Part shown: positions 12,256 to 22,780 of the stretch, in pieces | Numbering within the stretch: the first letter of the stretch is position 1 | How the letters are laid out: the number at the start of each line of letters is the position of its first letter | Origin: Chiloscyllium plagiosum | Taxonomy: Eukaryota | Reading direction: 5' to 3' | Length of the DNA: 41,513 nucleotides | Assembly (NCBI RefSeq): GCF_004010195.1 | Contig: NC_057720.1 | Span: forward strand, 33,155,406 to 33,196,918 | Made by a program: the position numbers and the translations under genes | Notes under the pieces: model-generated | What the model saw: the letters and a program-made list of their open reading frames with translations, nothing else | The model's database searches: none | What the model was told of the DNA's origin: nothing

Positions 12256-13017
12256 ATTAGGATTCTTAAAAAGGAATCTGGACAATCTCATCTTCCCTGT
12301 CAGTTGAAGCATTTGATCTTCATTATGTACCCCTCTACCCATTGTCGAGAGTGGCAACTCACTAGTTGCATGTGCAAACACAGATCTCAGCATACTGCAA
12401 AATCAAGTTTATATCATAACAATACATATTATCTACCACCACTGTAATGTGGAACAGTGTTGTATTAAAAATGTCAGGGTAATGCTAACCATTCCAAAAC
12501 AATGTCAGAATAAGGATTTCAAGTTCATCATAATATAATATTTTCCTTAGATGCATAATATACAGGAAATTGGGAACTCAGTGTGATGTCCTACAGCTTA
12601 GCAGATTTTATATTCAAGGTCTTCACATGTTGCCTTCCTGAATTCAACATGAGTTCAAATGTCAAAGAGAGACTAGGAATTTCCAAAAAGGAAGAACACA
12701 TTGGACAATCAGTTATAGAGCAATCCTCTTTGAGTAGAAACAAGTATCTACCTTGTTCTTTTTGTATCGAAAAGGCAAATGAGATGAGCAAGTATTCACT
12801 GTCAGGTTGAAAAACATTAAAAATGAATACAGTTTGTGAAAAAAAAGTCTTGTTACCATATTCATCAATCGAGAATTGTTCAGTTTCAGAAATGTTTCTT
12901 GCTTTGGAGTTTTAAAACCTCGATGATAAATTTCTGTAATATTTCATTTAATTACATTTTGTCTTCCAGAGATTTGCCATAGCCAAAAAGAAAAATTTCT
13001 GTCATAAATGTACATCC

Positions 13018-13197
13018 AAACATATGAATTAGAGGGGCAAGATGAAGCCATTCAGTCCCTCCAGTCTGCTTTCACCATTGAACATGGCTGATTTGATTGT
13101 GGCATTAACTCCACAATCCCACTTACCTCCTTAACATTTAAGTTTCGTATTAATCAAAAATCTGTTTACGTTTCTTTTAAAAGTATTCAATGATCCT
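13018..13197 (-). mobile_element. Old CR1 3' end
   Basis: Degenerate antisense CR1 3'UTR (GCCATTCAGTCCCTCCAGTCTGC...CATGGCTGAT). Confidence 0.55.
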
Positions 13198-14576
13198 AAG
13201 AGTCAAGTATCAAACATAACTGAACACATTTTAAAATGTTATTAAATATTTGCTTATGTATAATAGATATCTATCCACCCTTAGCAATACATGCCACTCC
13301 CCAACTGAGAGCAGTAGACAAGAAATTGTCAAAAAAAACACATTATTTTCAATTAATCTTTTAAACCAGTGGCTCTTAGAAAAAGTGAAGACAACCAGGG
13401 TAACTCATTACCATTGTTATCTATTTCCCTATGTCACAGCAAAATCCAGAAAGTTGTCCAAAAACTGTCACCTCTGATGACAAGCAGCAGACTGCTAAAG
13501 TATTTGTGCTGTTGCAGTTCTCTCAACTTCCTTAAATCATTTTCAGTCCTTTGGAGCTCACTAAGGAATCCAGGGAATTATAAATACAGCTCCAAGCCGG
13601 ATTTACCGCACAAGATTTTACTTATTCTAAACTGTAGCAATATTGTAAGGAATTGGCTGTGTTGAATAAGCAAATTGCTTGCCAGCTAATACATTCAATT
13701 AATCAGCAATACTCACTGCATTGTAACTTACATAGAAATGTTAGCTTTTGTATTTAACAAATTATTCTGTAAAGAAATACCGTTGAAATATTATTGAATG
13801 TCAACATAACTCACCATCTGATTTAATTTTTTTTGTGCATTGTTGCAATTTTAGCATGAGTTGAATGCTCTATGCACTTCACCCAGCACAAATCTGATTA
13901 CATTTCACTATTTTCCAATGATTCTATTTGTTTAAGAATTTTTTTTTCAAAAATCACACCTTAGGCCCTTTCCTTTCCCAGCTGCTCCTAATATTTTTCC
14001 TCGGTTGAGAGAATAGGCAGGTGATTCAGCCCCATGCCTCTGGCAATGTTGTTTTTGAATGGCCTGCAAAAGAGAGGTTTTACCCTGGGGGTGATTTCCT
14101 TTTCTTCCACATGGAGAAGCACCTGGCCTTCAATCTGCATCTACTCTTCTCCCTGACAATAGGGTTGCTCAGAGATTGAAGAATGCAGACAGTGTGTACA
14201 CTGAACATGCAGGGGTTTCACTGTCGCTATCCATTTAAAAATCAAATTCGTTAAGTTTATAGCCATTGTTTCTCTTTGTCTTCGGTTGAATACTTTGAAT
14301 ATTTAGGTTGCAATAGTCAGCCAGTATTGAAACAAATTAGGAGAATTGCTCTTTGTATTTAATCATCATCTTTCAGGTTGATTAGCAATCAGTGAGTTTC
14401 GTAATGACACCATTGGTTCAAGAATGATTTTTCCTGCTAGCCCTAATTGAAAACTAATTTATTAAGTCCAGATCAAGGATCATGTGGGCCAAATGCTCAT
14501 CCGAAATTAAACTGGCAGTTCATAGTTTCATGAGATTTCTTCAACTTTCTCAGAGCTTCAGTTACTATCAGGATCA

Positions 14577-14823
14577 AGGGCATGGATAGGGTGAATAGCC
14601 AAGGTCTTTTTCCCAGGGAGGGCAAGTCCAAAACTAGAGGACATAGGTTTGAGGTGATCTATTTGCAACTCCACTTTCAAGGAGCTATGAACCTGTACTC
14701 CAACGTTTCTTTGTTCAGCAACACTCCCCAGCACCTTCTCATTAAGTGTGTAAGTCCTGCTTAGATATGCTTTCCCAAAATGCAGCACTTCACATTTATC
14801 TAAATTAAATTCCACCTGCCACC
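14577..14823. mobile_element. Two CR1 ORF2 fragments joined tail-to-tail (14577-14657 plus, 14658-14823 minus)
   Basis: Plus: MDRVNSQGLFPREGKSKTRGHRFEV. Minus: EFNLDKCEVLHFGK...VQVHSSLKVELQID. Both match ORF2 at 6880-7230. Confidence 0.85.
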
Positions 14824-14987
14824 TTTTCTATTCACCGTATCTATCATTTTGCTGGAATGGATCTCTTCTTTGAACTCAACATGTCTGTTATAAAACCATG
14901 CATTATATCAAAATGACCCAATGTATGTACTGGCTGTAAATCAATGATGATGTTGTGGTTTTGTTCGCCGAGCTGGGAATTTGTGTT

Positions 14988-15027
14988 GCAGACGTTTCGT
15001 CCCCTGTTTAGGTGACATCCTCAGTGC
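14988..15027 (-). ncRNA. Minimal type-I hammerhead ribozyme motif (3' pLTR)
   Basis: GCA CUGAGGA U GUCACCU-AAAC-AGGGGAC GAAA CG UC UGC, with a GUC triplet. Confidence 0.82.
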
Positions 15028-17520
15028 TTGGGAGCCTCCTGTGAAGTGCTTCTGTGTTGTTTCCCCCGGCCTTTATAGTGGTTTGTCTCTGCCGCTTCCG
15101 GTTGTCAGTTCCAGCTGTCCGCTGCAGTGGCCGGTATATTGGGTCCAGGTCGATGTGTTTGTTGATAGAATCTGTGGATGAGTGCCATGCCTCTAGGAAT
15201 TCCCTGGCTGTTCTCTGTTTGGCTTGTCCTGTAATAGTAGTGTTGTCCCAGTTGAACTCATGTTGCTTGTCATCTGCATGTGTGGCTACTAAGGATAGCT
15301 GGTCATGTTGTTTCGTGGCTAGTTGGTGTTCATGGATACAGATCGTTAGCTGTCTTCCTGTTTGTCCTATGTCGTGTTTTGTGCAGTCCTTGCATGGGAT
15401 TTTGTACACTACGTTGGTTTTGATCATGCTGGGTATCAGGTCCTTTGTCCTGGTGAGTTGTTGTCTGAGAGTGGCTGTTGGTTTGTGTGCTGTTATGAGT
15501 CCTAGTGGTCGCAGTAGACTGGCTGTCAGTTCAGAAATGTTTTTGAGATATGGTAACGTGGTTAGTCCTTTGGGTTGTGGCATGTCCTCATTCCGTTGTC
15601 TTTCCCTTAGGCATCTGTTGATGAAATTGCGGGGGTAGCCGTTTTTGGCGAATACATTGTAGAGGTGTTCTTCTTCCTCTTTTTGCAGTTCTGGTGTACT
15701 GCAGTGTGTTGTGGCCCTTTTGAACAGTGTCTTGATGCAACTTCTTTTGTGTGTGATGGGGTGGTTGCTTTCGTAGTTCAGGACTTGGTCTGTGTGAGTG
15801 GCTTTCCTGTATACCTTTGTGGTGAATTCTCCGTTCAGTGTTCTCTGTACCATCACGTCTAGGAATGGAAGTTGGTTGTCCTTTTCTTCCTCTCTAGTGA
15901 ATCGGATTCCTGTGAGTGTGGCCTTGATCATCCGGTGTGTGTTCTCTATTTCTGTGTTTTTAATGATTACAAAGGTTTCATCCACATATCTGACCCAGAG
16001 TTTGGGTTGAATTTGCGGTAAGACTGTTTGTTCTAATCCTTGCATTACAGCCTTTGCTATGAGTTCGGAGATGGGTGAGCCCATGGGTGTGCCATTGATT
16101 TGTTCATATATTTGGTTGTTGAATGTGAAGTGTGTTGTGAGGCATAGGTCCAGTAGTTTGAGTATGCCATCTTCGTTGATAGGTTCCCCGTCTTGTTGTC
16201 TGTTCTGTATGTCCAGCAGGTTGGCTATTGTTTCTCTGGCTAGGGTTTTGTGGATAGAGGTGAACAGTGCCATTACATTGAATGAGACCATAGTTTCTTC
16301 CTTGTCTATGTGTATATTTCTGATGATGTCCAAGAATTCTTGTGTTGACTGTATAGAGTGTCTGGATCCGTTGATCAGGTGTTTCAGTTTCTGCTGTAGT
16401 TCTTTAGCCAGTTTGTGTGATGGTGTCCCTGGTAGTGATACTATGGGTCTGAGTGGGATGTCTGGTTTGTGCACTTTAGGTAGTCCATAGAATCTGGGGG
16501 TGGTGTTGCTTTCAGGTTTCATTCTTTGTAGGTCAGACCTGGTTATCTGTCCGTTTTTTTGCAGGTTCCTCAGTGTGTTGTTTATCCTATTGGTGAGCTG
16601 TGGGGTGGGGTCAAACTCCCTCTTTTGGTAGGTGTTGGTATCTGCAAGTAGTTGTTGCGCTTTTTGGATGTACTCTGCTTTGTCAAGGATGACCATCATT
16701 CTGCCTTTGTCTGCTGGTAGTATGATTATGTTCTTATCATTTCTTAGTGTTTTTAGTGCTTCCCTCTCCTTGGTGTTGAGGTTGTGTGTTTGTCTTTTCC
16801 TTTTTATCAGCGGTACGATACTTTGTCTCACTGTTGGTTGTGTCCCTTCTCTCAGTCCATTGTTTCTGAGTGTGCATTCTAGTGCGTTAGGAAGTCTGCT
16901 GTCTTGGCGTCCCTGTGGTTGTAGTTGAGTCCCTAGGCCATTATTGTTCCTTCCGTGTCTGTGAGCTGTCTGTGGGAGAGGTTTCTAACCCAGGTATGTG
17001 TAGTGGTGTCCTCTCTATTGTGTGTTAGTTTGGCCATTTTTTCTTTTAGTGCCGTTTTTTTGCAGTCTGTGGTCCTGTTCTGTCCAATGGTGATGGCCTG
17101 TTCTATGGTCCGGGTCCATTCCTGATTGGTGGCTTTTGAAATTAATGATTTTTGGCACGCACTTTCTTGTCTATATTTGTGTAGTCTGTTGTATGTGTCT
17201 GTAATCATTATCTGGATCATCCTGAATCCGTTCTGTCTGGCTGTGTCTCTGGCTTGTGGGTTGTTGACTGGTGGTCTGTATCTGACACATGGTGTGAGGA
17301 TTCGATTCTTTTGGCATTCATGCAGGAACCGGAGTTGTTTGTATGTGGCGCTTAGGCGGTTGGCACAGGATTCCCATTTCCTGGCTTGTCTTAGCGTCTC
17401 TCTCCCGTAGGTGTTCAAAGTTTGTGAGAAGATTTGTAGCTCGGGTGCTCGTTGATGTGGTTCTGTTCGCCGAGCTGGGAATTTGTGTTGCAGACGTTTC
17501 GTCCCCTGTCTAGGGGACAT
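15008..17520 (-). pseudogene. PLE polyprotein (N-terminal domain, RT, GIY-YIG endonuclease); about 837 aa when repaired
   Basis: Motifs ADKG, PRFYGLPKVHK, LRPIVS, SFNV.ALFTSI, GTPMGSPIS, RYVDET, LPFLDV, VYRKATHT, LPY, VVYKIPCKDC..HDIGQT and EAW. Nonsense codon at 16933-16935 (A*GLNY) and a 1-nt frameshift near 16886. The start codon at 17520 is inferred. Confidence 0.92.
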
Positions 17521-17526
17521 CCTCAG
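17490..17526 (-). ncRNA. Minimal hammerhead motif (5' pLTR), truncated at the 5' edge of the core by the inversion junction
   Basis: CUGAGGA U GUCCCCU-AGAC-AGGGGAC GAAA CG UC UGC. Perfect 7-bp stem II; the native 5' strand of stem I is lost. Confidence 0.78.
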
Positions 17527-18184
17527 CTGCAAAAAGAGGAAGAACACCTCTACAATGTATTCACCAAAAACGGCTACCCCCGCAATTTCATCAACAGATG
17601 CCTAAGGGAAAGACAATGGAATGAGGACATGCCACAACCCAAAGGACTAGCCACGTTACCATACCTCAAGAACATTTCTGAACTGACAGCCAGACTACTA
17701 CAACCACTAGGACTTATAACAGCACACAAACCAACAGCCACTCTCAGACAACAACTCACCAGGACAAAGGACCTGATACCCAGCATGAGCAAAACCAACG
17801 TAGTGTGCAAAGTCCCATGCAAGGACTGCACAAAACACTACATAGGACAAACAGGAAGACAGCTAACGATCCGTATCCATGAACACCAACTAGCCACGAA
17901 ACAACATGACCAGCTATTCTTAGTAGCCACACACGCAGATGACAAGCAACATTAGTTCAACTGGGACAACACTACTATTACAGGACAAGCCAAACAGAGA
18001 ACAGCCAGGGAATTCCTAGAGGCATAGCACTCATCCACAGATTCTATCAACAAACACATCGACCTGGATCCAATATACCAGCCACTGCAGCGGACAGCTG
18101 GAACTGACAACCGGAAGCGGCAGAGACAAACCACTATAAAGGCCGGAGGAAACAACACAGAAGCGCTTCACAGGAGGCTCCCAA

Positions 18185-18224
18185 GCACTGAGGATGTCCC
18201 CTAAACAGGGGATGAAACGTCTGC
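18185..18224 (+). ncRNA. Minimal type-I hammerhead ribozyme motif (inverted arm pLTR)
   Basis: GCA CUGAGGA U GUCCCCU-AAAC-AGGGGAU GAAA CG UC UGC. Confidence 0.78.
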
Positions 18225-18711
18225 AACACAAATTCCCAGCTCGGCGAACAAAACCACAACAATGAGCACCCGAGCTACAAATCTTCTCACAAACTTTGAT
18301 CAATGACTGAACTTCAAAGACTGAACCAGTCACTTGAGCATCCAATGCTGTGCTATATCCTTCCAAAAAGATACATTTAAGTTTTGCATATGAAAATACA
18401 ACCATCCTAGCTTGACAGGAAGGTCTACGCTTTTTAAGAAGCTAAACATTCCCTTAGGAGTTACAAATGGTGTATTGTGGGCGGTTAAGGCTGCGTGAGC
18501 TTGACGCATGGAGCATTGGAGCCAGATCTAGTTCTCAGTAAGAATTAGAATTGGTGAGGATTTTCTATCATCACCATTGTTCTTTGAGGGGCTTTACTGA
18601 ACCCATGTTTGGAAATGCCATTCTCTCTTGGGAATTTCCTCTTTGATGCTCTGTAACACTATCCAGAGATCTGCAGTAGTATCTAGTTGGGCCAAGGCAG
18701 TGCATGATCTT

Positions 18712-18862
18712 CTTGGTTAGAGGAAGTGAAATAGTATAATCAGTAAACTGGAAAATGGAGTTGGGGTCACAATCGTATCATCCATGAACTTCACAAATAG
18801 TAAAGAAGGTTCAAAGGGCCAAGTGGTCTCCTGGCATTTCCAATTCATACATTTGTATGTAT
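18712..18862 (+). mobile_element. Old CR1 3' end
   Basis: Degenerate CR1 3'UTR (GGTTCAAAGGGCCAAGTGGTCTCCTG...TTCATACATTTGTATGT). Confidence 0.5.
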
Positions 18863-20627
18863 TTGATTGGCTCGGAAAACTGCTTGAGCGAGTCATCAAT
18901 TGAACTCAGCGTTCAGCTTGAGAGCACTAACTTCTCCCAAGCAGATCAAACAGGATTCAGAAAACGATGAAGCACTAGTCAGAATTGACCACACCAGTCA
19001 CAGCACATCTTCTGAGTTTTTGACAAGAGAGGATGGAAATGTTCCAGAATGTGGAAAAGGTTTACTACAGAGGACTGTGATATATCATCTGCCAGTCAAT
19101 GTCACAGCTCAGCTCATTTGAAGGATATCAAATTTCATGGCAGAACTGGTGTCGAAATGGGCAGAATGATAACCATCTTTTTTTCACAAAGGCAGAAATA
19201 TTACTATATTTCTCTCAATGGCATTCTAATAAAACAGAAGATTGGGGCTTGCTTACAAATTGTTAATGTAACACTGAGTTGGGAAATGGCATCAAGAAAG
19301 TCTTGAAAGATGCCTGCGTGACTTGCAAAATGCCAATGATGAATTCTGCTGAAGTCCTGAAATTTCAGGTAATTACTATTCTCAAACAGGAGCTGGAATG
19401 GGAAACACAAAATGAGAGAAGAGCTGCTTGTAAACAAACTAAACAAGGGAACTAGATGGTAGGACTTTCTGCTCAGAACATTTCAAGGCAATATGGATTG
19501 GACACAGCATATTGATTGGTTAATTGCATGGCAACACATACAATTAGCCACAGAAGTTGCCTCTGTCATAGAAAGCTTACATGCACCCAGTCCTGGATTA
19601 TAGCCATCCAGCCTAGGGTACAACAAGTCAGATTCTAAGATTAAAGCGATCAGAAATTAACAGTAAAGGCTTGATTTTTCACTTGTCAACTTTACGTAAC
19701 ATCTGTGGACTCCAAAAGTTTCTGACATTTCCAACAAATGTGTTTGCATCAGAAAAGACAATTTGTTATTGTTATTGCAGAAAGGGGGGAAAAACCGACA
19801 GAACACACCCTAATATATTACAACACTGCAATAACTCTGTGGCTCATCAATAGGTGGCAGACCTTAGCAACATTTAATCACAGGGAAGGCTTGGCATAGC
19901 AGTCAACTGGCACTGAAATTCACACACCAGTCAAAATGGGAATTATGAATTCCAGAGTATCTGACTTTCAGAGATGAGAAATGTAATAAAATCAAGTTCA
20001 TTCTTAATATGCTCACAAGGTTACTAGTTATTCCACCAGAGCAGTACATATTTTCTTTCAGGAATAGAAAATCGCAGCAAATTTGGAAAGCTTGTTTAAA
20101 GGCAAAAAAAGAATGGTCTCTACAAAGTGGATAGACAAGGATGCAATGCAGAGGGAACGTAACAAAGAGATTATCACAGAGATGCCAATTCTGAGGAAAA
20201 ATAATGTATCAGTGGAAGCATGTCAAAGTAACAGCTTAGGAACAGAATGAATGAACAGACACTGCAGTACCTAAAATCTGCTGTATGTTGAGATTGCCAT
20301 ATACGCAGCTAACCACAGATAACAATCAGATAAAAGTATTCTTGAATATATTTGTATATTTAAAATCCATATTGTTATAGCAATCTCATGGCAGTGCAAA
20401 ACAACAAAAAGCAATGAAATGCAAAAGAACTTACATGACAGGTTGAAGTTGAAAACTTACGATAATTATTTACACAAATAGCAAACAATTACACTGTGCG
20501 CAGTCAGCTTTTAAGAATTATTTCTGCAGATGACGTGTTTTACATTTTGGTGAGCTGTGAGTAAAAATGTAAAACTATGCAAACGTTTCAAATATTCATT
20601 CAATTGCTACCTTCAGTTTCTAGAAAA

Positions 20628-20895
20628 GCAACAACAACCTGCTCTTATTTAATGCCTTTAACCTGACAAATATCTCAAGGCACTTCACAGGAGACACATC
20701 AAACAAAAAGTGACACTATGCCACATGATGATGTTTGGACAGGTTACCAAACATTTGCTGAAAGTAAATAAGTTGTGCCTTCAAGGAGGAGAGAGGGGTA
20801 GAGAGTTTGAGACCCTTAGGGAATAAATTCCAGAAATGAAGGCCCAGGCAATTGAGAGCACAGCTGCATAAGAGGATGCTCAAGAGGCCAGAACT
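20628..20895 (-). mobile_element. L2-like LINE 3' end remnant
   Basis: Antisense L2-type terminus ACAACAACCTGC..TATTTAATGCCTTT...AAGGCACTTCACA. Similar sequences occur at 26995 and 32140. Confidence 0.6.
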
Positions 20896-22469
20896 GATGC
20901 ACAGACAGATAAAGAAAAATATTTTAAGCTAAACCACTCCCCCCAGCAGTAGAAATACAAGTTTAAACTGAGTAAAACTTCATGATTTTACAGAGGATGA
21001 ATACAAAAAGATTCATACATAATCATAAAAATTGCTTAAAGAAAACATGAACTTGAAGATTTTCATCTTGCTCTTTGAAGGATGAGGATGCAAGAAACAG
21101 ACTTTGAGATATATTGGGAAAAAAAGGAGCAAAAGTGTGCCATTCAGCCTAAACAGGAATACTCGTTCATACAGCCTGAGAAGAGGGTGCTGATTTCTCA
21201 ATAACTCAGTCCCAGACATCATGACACAATGGGTCATTACATCTAACTACAGTTTAAATTGTGTCACAGATTTTTAACTTTTGCTCATCTGTCCTTTTGC
21301 GCTGTTCTGTCATGGACTGCCTCAATGACTGCTTCAGTCCTGGGTTCAGCCTCCCCCTGATGATGAAACCACATCCCTACACTTATTTACTGCTGCAACT
21401 CCAGCTTTTCAGCAGCAGCCAGCTTCACTGAACCAGATGCGACCCAGGGCTTTCCCTGAACTCTAATCTTACTCAGTTATATGAAGCAAACACTACATGT
21501 GAACTTTTCAGCATTCATTCCCTCAGCTATATTGAAGTGCAAATGCTCACAGACTTCTTCCAAGGCCTATGGAGCCTCTGCCAACACGGAGCCAGTGACC
21601 TTCTAATTTTCTGAGCTCCCCAAGGTCCTGACTACACAGAGTTAGTCAAATGCTCTTGACTTCTTCCCTGTAGAACCACTAAAAATCAGTACTCCAAATT
21701 TCGAGTCTGTCTCTGATTCTGTCCAACTAACCTTTTCCCTGAAATATATACACAGTGACTCCTGAGTTGTCCTGCATGGCCGATTGAAACCCTTGCAAAA
21801 AGCCCCTCACCTACCTCAGGGTAATACTAAAGTTGCCACATAACTACTCTTGGAACTCACTAGAGTTATATAAATCTTACATTCTCACAGAATGCTGAAA
21901 ATGGGTTCCATGACAATGATCTGTATAACTCAAATGTGTATTTTTAAATTGGTATTCTGTGATTTTTTTTTTCTTCAAAATGGAGATCAAATTCTACCAT
22001 TCCATTAGTTTATAGTTAGACCTTCTGGGTCATTATAATTGATCAAGTTAACATCTTTTATTACAGATGATTTTCTGTAATGTTTTATTGGTGTTTGGAG
22101 ATCACAATTCATATTACCGTGATTTTTCTGTAAAAACACAACTCTATGCCCCTAATATGAAACATATCTTTTCTGTACAGATATGTTTTATTAATTTTGC
22201 ATGCATCCCTGTTGGAAATATGCCACATCCTAAGGGCAAAGGTTTGGCTTTTTCAGTGACAAACCTTGCAGAACTATTTTCTGATTTCCTTGTTGCAGGA
22301 TTAGCTATGAAATAGAGAGTATTCATAAAATGAAATGCTTTCACATTCATATCTTCTTGCAGGCCATGCTATAATTTGGCTTCCTATGCTTAGGCTTTTG
22401 ACAATTGGTAATGTACTGTGGTGAAGCAAGAGTTACTGCTGTGCAGTCCATGGTTAAGCATATATTACA

Positions 22470-22780
22470 TTAAATTACACTGAATCTACAATACAGGAAC
22501 TGGTCATTTGGCTCTACTGGTGTTCATATTCCACACAGGTCTCCTCCCACTCTAATTACCCCTCCCCATCCTCATCCTATGTTCCTTTGATACTCTTTTC
22601 CTCATGAATTCACCAAGACTCCCTTTTAATGCATCAATGTTATTATCTTCAGCCTTTCTATGTAGCAGTGAGTTTACATTCTAGTCACTTTATGTCGAGA
22701 GAAATTACATATTCTACATTCATGAATTAGCACCACAGTTTCTTCACCTCTGTCATATCAAAATTCTTTATAATTTTAAG
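22470..22780 (-). mobile_element. Old CR1 3' end
   Basis: Degenerate antisense CR1 terminus and ORF2 end (GTAGCAGTGAGTTTACATTCTAGTCACT). Confidence 0.5.

Larger units (their letters stand above)
14951..18298. mobile_element. Penelope/Poseidon-type retroelement (family B): full unit on minus (14951-17526) plus an inverted 5'-truncated arm with tail (17527-18298, plus)
   Basis: Target duplication ATCAATGA (14940-14947 and 18299-18306). Three pLTR copies. 14951-15688 is an imperfect reverse complement of 17527-18261. Confidence 0.95.

Noticed and set aside
15054..16928. Long plus-strand ORFs antisense to the PLE
   Set aside because: Low-complexity Leu/Ser/Val/Cys shadows of the A/C-rich coding strand, with no recognisable domain.
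21357..21375. CTGATGATGAAAC hammerhead-like core
   Set aside because: No stem II between the cores and no NUH/stem I; likely chance.
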